NCBI RefSeq assembly: GCF_044704955.1
Contig: NC_091991.1
Span: 115,258,001 to 115,322,000, forward strand
Length of the DNA: 64,000 nt
Reading direction: 5' to 3'
Origin: Pristiophorus japonicus
Lineage: Eukaryota
Under the pieces are notes generated by a model, which was not told the origin of the DNA, searched no databases, and was given only the letters and a program-made list of their open reading frames with translations. Both the position numbers and the translations under genes were made by a program. The first letter of the stretch is position 1. Every line of letters begins with the position of its first letter. Shown here piece by piece: positions 37,801 to 49,766 of the stretch.

Positions 37801-38169
37801 GTTAGCATAGTCAGCTTCCGTCCAATTCTGTCAGGAGACAATGAAATTTTAATATACACCGTATCAATAATAGAATAAAAACCTGTCAGCTCAACTCAGT
37901 ATGGAAACGTGTGCAATCTTTGGATAGTCCTGATCACCCCATTGCCAGCTTCAAACTGGAGCCACTCACAACTCCGAGTATCTGTAGCACAGGATAAAGT
38001 CGATGGAGTCACACTGGTAACATCACAATCTCATCTGGTCGACATGGAGCCTGGGACAAAAGGGAGGGGCAAGGGACACTCTGTTACTAACAAATATTTC
38101 TTGTAACCAGTTCCAGATGTAGATTGGCCCAGTCTGGGAGTGCGACTCTCCCCATCCACCATATTGGCC

Positions 38170-38385
38170 ATGGAATGGGGGTGGGGGGGGAGGTTGGGCT
38201 GTGGGTTGAGGGGGTTGTTACTTTGGGTTGGAGAGGAGGGATTAATGTGTGGGGAAGGGTGTTGCAGTGGGTTGGGTTGTGGGGGAGGGTGTTGCGATGG
38301 GTGGGGGAGGGGTTACTGTGGCTGGGTGGGTTGCAGTGGGTGGGTAGGGTGTCACTGTGAGTTGGGTTGTGGGAGAGGGGGTTTG
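38170..38385 (+). repeat. G/T-rich degenerate tandem repeat (gtgggttgggttgtgggggagggtgttgc), G-quadruplex potential
   Basis: Many GGG runs. Confidence 0.7.
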
Positions 38386-38419
38386 GTTGTTGCTGCACTC
38401 TCTGTACCGGGTGTGAACA

Positions 38420-38830
38420 GTTTTCCCCGCCGGTCCAGGAAATCTTATCGTCGCTCCTATCGCACTCACTGGGTTGATTCATGCTGCCGCGTTGCCAACC
38501 TGGCTGCAATTTGCGAAACCAAATGGCTCTCATCGCGCCTCGGTCGCTACTCTAGCCTCCGGCTTCGGCCTAGCAGGCCGCTACAACCCCCGCACCATCC
38601 ACATTTAAAAGGCGAAAGCACCCCCACATCCCTCCGGTGAATAGAAGCGGCATTACCTGCCGCTCGGCGAAAACCCGCCGCCCTCCGCCTTTTCACGGAT
38701 GTCGGCGCCGATTTACGGTTCCCTCAGCACTGGCGCTCTCAGCGTACCCGCAGTTACCCTAACAACCAGCCGGACAGGAAGCGGACGCCTCTCTACGGCG
38801 GAAATTGCCGAGCTTGGCCGGAAATACACG
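38420..38830 (-). promoter_or_regulatory. IFT140 CpG-rich promoter and probable non-coding first exon (donor CAG|GTAATG at 38657/38656)
   Basis: High CpG density; X-box-like GTTACCCTAACAAC at 38753-38766; several ETS-like CGGAA/GGAAG motifs at 38775-38826. Confidence 0.65.
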
Positions 38831-39274
38831 AAGGTTGAAAAGCAAGAAAGACTTGCATTTATATAGCGCCTTTAACGACCACCGGACGCCCCAAATTGCT
38901 TTTGAAGTGTAGTCACTGTTGTAAAGTAGGAAAGATGAAATAGAGACTCCATTAGGGATTGAGGTTAAACCCATAAGATTAAAACCAATTACTTCAAAAT
39001 GTCTCGTTAGCAATAATAATTATTCGTTTTAGTTTAGATGTGCCTCAAAAGTAAATGGGTTGGGAAGGTGCCTTTCTTCCATTGATCATGAATGTCACAG
39101 CCAACAGTTCTCCAGATCAAGAAACTCTCTGTTCACATCAATTCAGTGATATTTCCTTTCAACCTAAGAACTATGATATGGTGGATAAAACTTCACTGTG
39201 ATTCCCCGAGACAAGCCTAACTCAGCAACAACTTTATGCAGAATGGTGTGAGTTGAGACTTGCCATACATACAT

Positions 39275-39797
39275 ATTCTCCCGGGCCGCTCACCTCCGCT
39301 CCTTTTATGGTCCGACCTGCCGCTGGTGTTCTCACGCAGGTCAGGAGCAGCGTGGAGGTGTACTCCAGGGAGCAGCGCGAGCTGGTGCAGGTGGGTGACA
39401 GCAGCGAAGAGTGATGTCAGCAAGGTCCAGGTCGGTGATTGGAGCGTGGGCAGATACACCAGGAGCGGCGAGATCGGGGCAAGGGAGCGGCGAGAGACTG
39501 TGGAGGGATGTGATCGGGGCCCAGGGGCAGACCACACTGTGATATGTGTGTGTGCTAGGTCCATGCAGCAGAGCTGGTCTGCAGTTGTCTTGGGTAATCC
39601 TTGCCACTGGACCAAGTCCTAGCTCTGTCAAGCTGGTGTGCAATTGCCACCACACATTAAAAAAATCCACGCACAGGCATCTTCCACCCTTCAGGATGTA
39701 GTTCGGGTCCTTCATTCGAAACACCTGTGAACTCATCCTTTTTTTTGGCGTGGAAGCAAGTCATCCTCGTTTCGAGGGACCGCCTATGATGATGATG
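39275..39797 (+). mobile_element. Non-coding retroposon with an RTE-type 3' tail
   Basis: Ends gtggaagcaagtcatcctcgtttcgagggaccgcctatgatgatgatg, matching the RTE ends at ~37300 and ~41480; truncated second copy at 49767-49953. Confidence 0.7.
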
Positions 39798-40099
39798 CCA
39801 TACATATCAACAAGAAAGGTTGCAATTCACATGTAGTTCTGTTTGCTAAGAATCAAACTTAAGTTGTGGCTGAGTGGGTGGCACTCTTGTCTGTGAGTCA
39901 GGAGGTTGTTGCTTCAAGTGGCATTCCAGAGAGTTGAGCCCCAAATCCAGGCTGTCACTCCAAGTTCAGTCAGGATTTCCACTGATTGCTGCTCAGTGAC
40001 CTCCAGCCCAAAAGTGCAGTGTTGCGACATTGGGCAAGGATTGGAGTGCACTGTGCTGCACCGATACCGCGTGATATCCTGCCAATGAATGAATGAATG

Positions 40100-40280
40100 G
40101 GCACCGACCTCAGCCGCTGCAAGCGTTCAGCAGGGTTTTACCCGGCAGGCCGCAGCGGCACACGGAATTCTGGGAAATGTGGTTGAGATCCGCCCCAAGC
40201 CTACGGTTCCCGGGATGCACTGCGTCGTCAGCGCATGCTCAGTGCTGTGTTGTTGCTTGGTCAAAGTGCAGTCAGTTGTG
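40100..40280 (+). promoter_or_regulatory. DECR2 promoter and probable non-coding first exon (donor GTGAGG ~40278)
   Basis: CpG-rich; two opposed ZNF143/SBS-like motifs (ttctgggaaatgtggtt 40168-40184; ctacggttcccgggatgca 40201-40219), GC box ccgccc, NRF1-like gcgcatgctc. Confidence 0.6.
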
Positions 40281-40311
40281 AGGTGGTCTTTCCATAGACT
40301 CTGAGGGATTC

Positions 40312-40530
40312 AGTCCAGGGGTTCTGGCCCCAGGGTCAGTGAGAGGTTCAGTCCCCAGAGTTTGTGAGCAGCTCTCTACCTAGAGCTTGTGAGGGGTGTT
40401 GTCCCCAGAGTCAGTTAGGGGTTCTGTACCCAGGGTCTGACCCCAGAGTCAGTTAGGGGTTCTGTCCTCCGGGTCTGTGAGGGATTTTGTCCCCAGAGTC
40501 TACGGGACTGTGTCCCGGGGTTGCGAGGGG
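40312..40530 (+). repeat. Degenerate ~28-bp tandem repeat (ccccagagtcagttaggggttctgt) in DECR2 5' intron
   Basis: About 8 imperfect units. Confidence 0.65.
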
Positions 40531-40634
40531 CCCTGCCTCTGGGACTGCACCTGGTGTAGGAGTAGTTGTAGCTACTCTACGAGTGAGACCCCCCAGACAG
40601 GGACAGGAATTAAATCCATTCCTCAACAACAGTC

Positions 40635-40723
40635 ATGTCTGGGATTGGCAACATCCCTGAGGATGTGGATACTGATGATTGTTTATTGAACTATTCCTAT
40701 ATTTTCAGCCCTGATATCCTAAA
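40635..40723 (+). CDS. DECR2: DECR2 coding exon 1
   Basis: MSGIGNIPEDVDTDDCLLNYSYIFSPDIL(K), compare human [33 protein letters not shown] donor. Confidence 0.92.
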
Positions 40724-40924
40724 GTAAGTAGTTTTATTTTATATATAAAGTAGATGGTGTGAATAATGAGATGCAGTAATTTGGGGTTATTAGATCTGAG
40801 TTCTGTTTGAAGATTCCCACATTCCTGCAAATATTCCTGGGAACTGGACTCCCTCTTGCTAGACTATTTTATTTACCCTGAGAGGGATTTCCATTGTGCA
40901 CGACAGGACCATCGTGATGGGAGG

Positions 40925-41529
40925 TCCATATACAGTAGATACCTCAAAGCGCTGGAGAAGTACCACCAGTGCTGCCTCTGCAAGATCCTGCAAATCCACT
41001 GGGAAGATAGATGCACCAATGTTAGTGTTCTCGATCAGGCCAACATCCCCAGCATCGAAGCACTGACCACAATCGACCAGCTCAGTTGGGCGGGCCACAT
41101 CGTCCGCATGCCCGACACAAGATTCCCAAAGCAAGTGCTCTACTCGGAACTCCTAAACGGCAAATGAACCCCAGGTGGGCAGAGGAAATGTTTCAAGGAC
41201 ACCCTCAAAGCTTCCTTGATAAAGTGTAACATCCCTACCGGCACCTGGGAATCCCTGGCCCAAGACCACCCCAAGTGGAGGAAGCGCATCCGGGAGGGCA
41301 CTGAGCACCTCGAGTCTCATCGCTGAGAGCCTGCAGAAATCAAGCGCAGACAGCGGAAGGAACGTGCGGTAAACCAGACTCCCCACCCACCCTTTCCTTA
41401 AATGACTGTCTGTCCCACCTGTGACAGAGACTGTAATTGCCGTATTCGACTGTACAGTCACCTGAGAACTCACTTTTAGAGTGGAAGCAAGTCTTCCTCG
41501 ATTTCGAGGAACTGCCTATGATGATGATG
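40925..41529 (+). mobile_element. RTE LINE 3' fragment
   Basis: Colinear with 36740-37343; (ATG)n tail. Confidence 0.88.
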
Positions 41530-41604
41530 TTGGGAGGTGTTACGGTGCTATCCTGATTTGAATAAAGCAATTACCGCTGTTAATCTTCTGTCTCTCCTGA
41601 ACAG

Positions 41605-41673
41605 GGACAAGGTGGCATTCATCACAGGAGGAGGGTCTGGCATTGGATTCCGAATTGCAGAGATTCTGATGAG
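41605..41673 (+). CDS. DECR2: DECR2 coding exon 2 (NADPH-binding motif)
   Basis: [22 protein letters not shown](R), SDR TGxxxGxG motif. Confidence 0.96.
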
Positions 41674-42173
41674 GTAGGGCAACGGTTGCAATGTTGGCAG
41701 ATGTAGCAAGCACTGGAATAAAGCTTCATGACACCACTGGAGCTGGTGTAGGAAGTGGTAAGAATTGATCTGTTTGTTTCCCATAGGGTGGCATAGGGTG
41801 TACGAGTGCCACTTTGCTATAAATAGGAACAGGAGGAGGCCATTCAGCCTCTCGTGGCTGAACTTTGACCTCAACTCCAATTTCCTGCCCTATCCCTTGA
41901 TTTCCTTCATGCCCAAAAATTTATCGATTGGGATCTTTTATTTAAAAAAAAAGGAAAATTCACTTTCCCATCCAGTTTTCCTGCCTGTTTTCCTGACGAT
42001 CCTGAGCCATGGAAAGGTCCGGATCTGCACTGTGGTGACGCACCTGATTGGCTATTCCACCATGGGGGAGGTGGGCGTCACAGCCAAGCCCCCAGCTGAG
42101 ATCAATACAAACTCTGCATCAACTCTTGACCCTTCAAGTCTGTAAAGGTTTTTTAACGACTGTTCTGTTACAG

Positions 42174-42225
42174 ACACGGATGTCAGACTGTTATTGCAAG
42201 CAGGAGCTTGGAGCGAGTGCAAGCA
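42174..42225 (+). CDS. DECR2: DECR2 coding exon 3
   Basis: HGCQTVIASRSLERVQA; CAG/GTAAGT junctions. Confidence 0.94.
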
Positions 42226-42659
42226 GTAAGTAGGCAGGGCTTTGCCTTGAAATTAAAAACACAGCAAAGTCATATAACTAATAACTACCCCTTTAATTTA
42301 CTGATCTATCATATCCACTTAGTTGGCAATATATGCTTTGATTTGGGTTGTGCTGGTAGAGGAGCAGAGTGAGTTACAATGCCATCACTGGAGACATTAA
42401 TCCACAAAATAACACCTCGTGCTAATGTTTGTAACATCACCTCGCTTCATTTTCCACATTTGTTGGCTTTGGCTGGTTAATCTTTAAATCACTCCTCTTT
42501 CATCTCTCGCACTGTCGGTTCTGTTATTATCACAGCTGTCTTTTTATTTAAGTATTGTTGTGTTTTAAATAAAGTTAAGCTGCTGTGACATTAATCCCCA
42601 AAATAATGTGCTTGCATTCTCTATCATCTTAATATTTATCCTCAAATGCACAGAATATT

Positions 42660-44062
42660 AACAACCTTGTATTTATATAGTACCTTTTAATGTAGTGGAA
42701 AGTCCCAAGGCTCTACACAGGAGTATTATGAGATTAAAAATTTGACACTGAGCCATATAAGTAGAAATTAGCACAGGTGACCGAAAGCTTGGTCAAAAAG
42801 GTAGGGACAAAGGAGCGTCTTGAAGGAGGAAGGAGAGGCGGAGAGGTTTAGGCAGCGAGTTCCAGAGCTTGGGGCTTAGGCAACAGAAGACACGGCCACC
42901 AATGGTTGAGCAATTATAATCAGGGATGCTCAAGAGGGCAGAATTAGAGGAGCGCAGACATCTATGGGGGTGGGTGGGGTTGTGGGGCTAGAGGAGATTA
43001 CAGAGATAGGGAGGGTCGGGGCCATGGAGGGATGTGAAAATAAAGATGAGAATTTTGAAATTGAGGCGTTCCTTAACCGGAAGCTAATGTAGGTCAGCGA
43101 GCACAGAGATGATGGGTGAGCGGGATTTGGTGCAAGTTTGGACACGGGCAGCTGAGTTTTGGATCACCTCCAGTTTACATAGGGTAGAATATGTTGGAAT
43201 AATGAAGTCTAGAGGTAACAAAGGCTTGGTTGAGGGCTTCAGCAGCTGATGAGCTGAGGCAAGAGTGGGGACGGGCGATGTTATGGAGGTGGAAATAGAC
43301 GGTCTTAGTTATGCTGCGGATATGTGGTTGAAAGCTCATTTCAAGGTCAAATATGACACTGAGGTTGCAAACAGTCTGGTTCAGCCTCAGACAGGAGTTG
43401 GAGAGAGGGATGGAGTCAGTGACTAGGGAACGGAGTTTGTGCCGGGGAACGAAAACAATGGCTTCGGTCGTCCCAATATTCAACTGGAAAAAATTTCTGC
43501 TCATCCTGAACTGGATGTTAGACAAGCAGTCTGACAATTTAGAGACCGTGAAGTGGTAGTGAGGTAGAGCTGGGGAAAAACGCTGTGTTTCCGGATGCTG
43601 TCGCCAAGGGACAACATGTAGATGAGAAATAGGAGGGGTCAAGGATAGACTCTTGGGGGACACCAGAGGTAACGATGCGGGAGTGGGAAGAGAAGCCATT
43701 GCAGGTGATTCTCTGACTATGATTAGATAGATAAGAATGGAACCAGGAGAGTGCAGTCCCACCCAGCTGGACGACAGTGGAGAGGTGTTGGAGAAGGATA
43801 GAGTAGTCAACCGTATCAAAGACTGCAGATAAGTCAAAAAGGACGAAGAGGGATAGTTTGCCTTTGATACAGTCACAAAGGATGTCATTTGTGACTTTGA
43901 TGGGAGCCGTTTCGGAACTGTGGCGGGCGGAAATCGGATTGGAGGAATTCAAACATAGAATTGCGGAAAAGATGGGCACGGATTTGGGAGGCAACGATAC
44001 GTTCAAGGACTTTGGAGAGGAAAAGGAGGTTGGAGACGAGGTGGTAGTTTGCAAGGACGGAG
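42660..44062 (-). mobile_element. L2-type LINE, RT region to 3' tail
   Basis: FLSKVLERIV...SETAPIKVTND...FDLSAVFDTVDY...SGVPQESILDP. Confidence 0.9.
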
Positions 44063-44269
44063 AGGAACAAGATGAATTCTGCGGTATTTGTGTGTTCAGA
44101 CTTGTTTTCTATTGATCCGGGGGTGTCGGCAATCTGTCCAAGTGCCATGTTACTGTTGCCAGTGACAAGCTTTCTTTCCCGCGTGCTCTTAATTAGTTTT
44201 TAGAACCCCACTAAAATCGTTTCGGCTACAATTCATTCTGTGCTTACAGTTCCCTCCTGAGCTGGGCGA

Positions 44270-44620
44270 TTGAAGATGATCTGATCGTGGTGTTCAAAAT
44301 GATACAAGGATTAGCTAGAGTAGATAGAAACTATCTTGTGTGGGAATCCAGAACAAGGGAGCATAACCTTAAAGTTAGAGCTAGGCAGTTCAGGAGTTAA
44401 ATCAGGAAGCACTTCTTCCACACACAGTGGTAGAAATCTGGAACTGTCTTTTCAAATTCTGGGTCAGTTGGAGCTTTCAGTACTGAGATTGATTTTTTTT
44501 ATTAGGTAAAGGTACCAAGGGTTAGGGAGCAAAGGCGGGTAAATGGAATTGAGATACAGATCAGCTTTGATCTAATTGACTGGCTCGAGGGGCTGAATGG
44601 CCTCTCTCCTGTTCCTATGG
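44270..44620 (+). mobile_element. Old CR1 3' fragment
   Basis: Degenerate ...tccagaacaagggagcataaccttaaagttagagctagg...gctcgaggggctgaatggcct. Confidence 0.7.
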
Positions 44621-45131
44621 TTTACCTGACCCATGCGACGAAATGACAGTCTCTGCTAATTCGATTACATGCTGTAGTCTCCGTGAAATAGAAAATGCAC
44701 CGATGACAGGTACAGGGACTTTGATTGACAGCTGTTGTGACAGCACTGCAGAATGATACTGTCACTGGGCTGTATAATAGGGAAGATATTTCACAGTTTG
44801 ATAGCAGAATTATAAGGCGTTAGGAGTTCAGTATCTATTAGAAGTCTGGCAGTCCCTCGGCTCATTAATTCTCTAACCAAGGGGCCTAAATCCCTCCAGA
44901 TTATCAGAATTCTCATTTGGGAAAGATGCACCCAGGCTGAGTTGTTTTCACCGGTGTGTAGTGAAACAGTCCATGCGCTGACTGATAAGCGTATTGATCC
45001 TGCAAAGCCACAATATCCTACAAATTCATCCAAATTAATATCCACGACATCCATACGAAGGGAGCAGTGGCTTTGAAGGCCCTTGTGTGTGGCATTCGGC
45101 AGTAACCAGTAACTCTTTTATTTTAATCCAG

Positions 45132-45267
45132 TCCGCTAAGAAACTCGTAGCAGGCACTGGACAGCGCTGTCTCGCCCTGTCGGTGGATGTCAGGCAGCCT
45201 GTGACCATCGTTGCTGCTGTGGAGAAGGCACTACGGAAATTTGGGAAAATTGACATCTTGGTTAACA
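45132..45267 (+). CDS. DECR2: DECR2 coding exon 4
   Basis: SAKKLVAGTGQRCLALSVDVRQPVTIVAAVEKALRKFGKIDILVN. Confidence 0.96.
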
Positions 45268-45311
45268 GTAAGTCCCTGAGTTCACCTTTCTTGTTACTTT
45301 ACAGGTGTTAA

Positions 45312-45960
45312 AATGAACTTCCGACCACATATCCACGCCATTGCTAAGACCGCCTATCTCCATCTCCATAATATTGCCCGTCTCCGTCCTTGCCTCAGCT
45401 CATCTGCTGCTGAAGCCCTCATCCATGCCTTTGTTACCTCTAGACTTGACTATTCCAACGCACTCCTGGCTGACCTCCCACATTCTACCCTCCATAAACT
45501 TACAAATTTCTGCTGCCCATGTCCTAACCCGCACCAAGTCCCGCTCACCCATCACCCCTGTGCTCGCTGACCTACATTGGCTCCCAGTTGAGCAACGCTT
45601 CAATTTTAAAATTCTTATCCTTGTTTTCGAATCCCTCCATGGCCTCACCCCTCCCTATTTCTGAAATCTATTCGAGGCCCACGACCCTCCAAGATATCTG
45701 AGTTCCTCTAATTCTGACCTCTTGTGCATCCCCGATTTTAATCGCTCCACCATTGGTGGCCAAGGCTCTAAGCTCTGGAATTCCCTCCTTAAACCTCTGC
45801 ACCTTTAAAATGCTCCCTAAAACTTACCTCTTTGACTAAGCTTTTGATCATCTGACCTAATCTCGTTATGTGGCTCAGTCTTAAATTTTGTTTTCTAACG
45901 CTCCTGTAAACACCTTGGGACGTTTTACAGTTAAAGGCGCTATGTAAATACAAGTTGTTG
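45312..45960 (+). mobile_element. L2-type LINE 3' fragment
   Basis: AKTAYLHLHNIARLRPCL...LIHAFVTSRLDYSNALL...ITPVLADLHWLPV. Confidence 0.88.
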
Positions 45961-46001
45961 GGTTGTAGGCAGGTGATCCACAGGGCTCCTGGCCTGGCAG
46001 T

Positions 46002-46254
46002 CCGCAGGGTCGGCCTGCCCCCGATGACCCGGGAATCCGCAGGGTCGCCCTGCCCCCGATGACCCGGGAATCCGCAGGGTCGCCCTGCCCCCGATGACCC
46101 GGGAATCCGCAGGGTCGCCCTGCCCCCGATGACCCGGGAATCCGCAGGGTCGCCCTGCCCCCGATGACCCGGGAATCCGCAGGGTCGCCCTGCCCCCGAT
46201 GACCCGGGAATCCGCAGGGTCGCCCTGCCCCCGATGACCCAGGAATCCGCAGGG
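46002..46254. repeat. GC-rich minisatellite, 35-bp unit ccgcagggtcgccctgcccccgatgacccgggaat, ~7 copies
   Basis: Nearly perfect tandem units without spacers. Confidence 0.95.
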
Positions 46255-46408
46255 TGCTCACTCCCAACCCTATTGATTTTAGTTCATGTATACCATTGCT
46301 CTAAATGTTAAAATTGTAACCGTGCAGTGCACAGAAAGGTTTGCTGTAACCCAATCCGGCTATGAAGGCCTTTTTTCATTTTGTAAAGTTCCTCCTTTCC
46401 TTTCCCAG

Positions 46409-46533
46409 GTGCTGCAGGCAATTTCCTGTGCCCTGCTAGTGGCTTGTCGTTCAATGCTTTCAAGACTGTCCTGGAGATTGACACGATTGGAACCTTCAAC
46501 ACCAGCAAGATCCTATACCAGCGATGGCTGAAG
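46409..46533 (+). CDS. DECR2: DECR2 coding exon 5
   Basis: (S)[41 protein letters not shown]. Confidence 0.96.
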
Positions 46534-46802
46534 GTGAGTCTCGTTTGCTCTGGTGGAAGAACTGGATTTTTGTTTGGCTGGTTGGTTTGAATAATCCCTT
46601 CCTCCATTTCCACGGCTAATGGCGTGGCCCTCTAACTGAGAGCGTGGGTAGCAATTTTCCAGCCCTTAAGGAGGGGACGGCCATCTTTTGTGTCTCTGAT
46701 GGGTGAGCTGGGTAGCATTGTTGATTTAAAACCTGTCCTTGGGGTTCTCCTGATGGCTTAGCTGATATATCAGTAATCAGCCGAGCCATACAGACCGGGT
46801 GC

Positions 46803-47420
46803 ATAAGAACATAAGAATTAGGAGTAGGCCATTCGGCCCCTCGAGTCTGCTCTGCCATTCAATAAGATCATGGCTGATCTTCTACCTCAACTCCACTTTC
46901 CTGCACTATCCCTATTTCCGTTGATTCCCTTCATATCCATAAATGTATCAATTTCTGTCTTGAATATACTCAAAGACTAAGCCTCTGTGGTAGAGAATTC
47001 CAAAGATTCACCATCCTCTGAGTGGACATTTTTCCTCATCTCAATCCTAAATGGGCGACTCCTTATTCTGAGACTGTGATCCCTGGTTCTAGACTCCTCG
47101 GCCAGAGGAAATATCCTCCCTGCATCTACCCCCTCAAGCCCTGTAAGAATGTTATATGTTTCAATGAGATCACCTCTCATTCTTCTAAACTCTAGAGAAT
47201 ATAGGCCTAGTCTACTCAATCTCTCCTCATAGGACAATGCCCCCATCCCAGGAAACCGTCTGGTGAGCCTTCGTTGCACTCCCTCAATGGCAAGTATATC
47301 ATTCCTTTAGGTAAGGAGACCAAAACTGTACACAATACTCCAGGTGTGGTCTCACCAGGGCCCTATATAATTGCAGTAAGATGTCTTTACTCTTGTACTC
47401 AAATCCTCTTGTAATAAAGG
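46803..47420 (-). mobile_element. CR1 LINE 3' fragment
   Basis: QRRLTRRFPGM..LSYEERLSRLGLYSLEFRRMRGDLIE. Confidence 0.88.
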
Positions 47421-48112
47421 AAGAGCCCTGGTTTGATCCTTGCTCTGTGCTTAGTTCGGGGTGGTGGTAGGAGTGCCACAGTTGGCCTCGTGCCCCTGGG
47501 CCTGGGAGGGAAGGTGGCCAGGATTCCTGCTCCTGAGTTCCAGTTCATAGATGTGGGCTTGGGGTGAGGACTGAATCAGCCCCTTTCTGTCAAGCAGCCT
47601 GTCCGACACCAACCATCTAAGCTTCTAGATAAAGAACAGTCACTTGGAGGAAGTGCCCGAGAGCATCCAGCAAAAGGGTCAACAGCTTCAGGAGAGGATG
47701 GGACATGGAGAGACGATTGGTGAAAAAGGAGACAAACAAGTAATTTGTCCTACATTGTGTAAAAACAAACCTTCCATTCCTCTCGCCTCCATGACCTATG
47801 TTTGGAAGTCACCCAGATCCATGGGATGTGTATCTTTTCAGGCTGAGGGTTCCTAGGTGAACTGAGTCAGTTGGCCTCAAATCAGTTCCTGTGAGCACAG
47901 TTGCACAACTCAGTATTCCCCACGACTCTTTGCTATCTCACCGAGAGATGATGTGTGGGAAATGAGACAAATTCATAATGAGACAAATTTATCAACATCA
48001 AACTTAATGTTAACTAAAAACTGCTAGTGAAAGTGAGATGGAATTTAATTGTGAAGGTACGGAGTCTGAGGAACATTGTATCTGGCATTAGTAACCCTTG
48101 TTGTTACCGTAG

Positions 48113-48206
48113 GACCATGGAGGAGTTATTGTGAACATCACTGCTACACTGAGCTACAGAGGGCAGATCCTGCAGGTCCACGCTGGCTCTGCCAAGGCTG
48201 CTATAG
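48113..48206 (+). CDS. DECR2: DECR2 coding exon 6
   Basis: [31 protein letters not shown](D). Confidence 0.96.
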
Positions 48207-48356
48207 GTAAGTTTGTACTGCAGGTACTGAACGGTCTCACTGATCTGAGCTCCATCTTCCTAATGGAAACGCCAGTGTGAACTGTGAATTCAGTGGATCA
48301 ACACAGGGCTGGGAGAAGGGCCTCTGCACTTTAATTGTGGCAGGTTTTGGAATGCT

Positions 48357-48655
48357 AAACATAGAAAACATAGAATCATAGAAAATAGGTGCAGGAGTAG
48401 ACCATTTGGCCCTTCGAGCCTGCACCACCATTCAATAAGATCATGGCTGATCATTCCCTCAGTACCCCTTTCTCGCTTTCTCTCCCTACCCCTTGATCCC
48501 TTTAGCCGTAAGGGCCATCTCTAACTCGCTCTTGAATATATCCAATGAACTGGCATCAACAACTCTCTACGGCAGGGAATTCCACAGGTTAACAACTCTC
48601 TGAGTGAAGAAGTTTCTCCTCATCTCAGTCCTAAATGGACTACCCCTTATCCTAG
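48357..48655 (-). mobile_element. CR1 3' fragment
   Basis: (catagaaa)n tail and CR1 3' UTR. Confidence 0.85.
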
Positions 48656-49766
48656 AAGCCCCTTAACCCACAGAAAGATAAAATAAATCTCTCCCAGCCA
48701 ACACTGTGGTTTATGTAGTCAACTTACTTTTTCTTCAAGCATTTCAAGTAATGTCCAGTCTGTGAGGATGCTTTTTAAAACATTTATTCATTTTCGGGAT
48801 GTGGACATCGCTGGCAAGGCCGGCATTTATTGCCCATCCCTAATTGCCCTTAAGAAGGTGGTGGTGAGCCGCCGCCTTGAATCACTGCAATCCATCGAAT
48901 GAAGGTGCTCCCACAGTGCTGTTAGATAAGGAGTTCCAGGATTTTGACCCAGCGACGATAAAGTTGGGATGGTATACGTGGCATTATGCTAATCTGCAAC
49001 TGCATGTCTTTACAGAAGGTGTAAGACTGCTCTCCATTTCCAGTTCTCATGAAAGGTTATGCCTGTCTTTCTTCTGCTGAAGTTAACTTCCAGCATTTTC
49101 TGTTTTTGTTCCAGTTTATTTCTTTTGTGTTTATAAGACAGCTGGCGTTCTATATTTGACATTCCACATGCCGTCACATACTGAAATGATATTGCTTAGG
49201 AATTGTGACCGATCTCCACGACTGTGTCTTCCGCACCTGTGGGCTGGGATGGAAAACCAGCCGAGGCTCCTTCTGCTGGCGGTCCAATGACACCAGTTGA
49301 AAGCTGTGTGTGGGAACGTGGGAGAGGACAGTATCGAGCTCGTGATGATGCCTTTTGCATGCTTTGTCCAGCCTCTCTCAATGGCCACATAAGGAGGGAC
49401 TGGAGGATTAGCACCCGTGAAGTAGTACCTCTGGTTTTGGGGGGAGAATAACTTGTGACAATTTGAGCTCTGGAGAGGTATACGGTATAAATCATGACCC
49501 TTGTATTAAGACTCTAAGTGCAGAGACCAGATCTAGCTAGTATCAAAAATTAACATTTATATTCGACTATTATTTTCTATTTTACATAGGTTGTTTTAAT
49601 TTTATTTTCCTAAACCTGTTTCTGTGTTTAAAACACCTTTTAAATATTCACTCTTAAACATTTTCTTCACTTTGATCACTCAGGCAAATGGGAAAGAAAA
49701 AAAACCATTAGATTATTCTCCATGTTATCATTAGGGTTTCAGCAATATGCAACAGTGAGTGAGTGT

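Noticed and set aside
38087-38640. Cys/Gly-rich 166-aa ORF (keratin-associated-like) and overlapping ORFs
   Set aside because: They arise from a G/T-rich simple repeat in the IFT140 5' intron, with no supporting gene structure.
46002-46254. CRISPR-like array or tandem hammerhead ribozymes (CCGATGA..GGAATC)
   Set aside because: Units are contiguous with no unique spacers, the context is eukaryotic, and the CUGANGA and GAAA cores are not matched.
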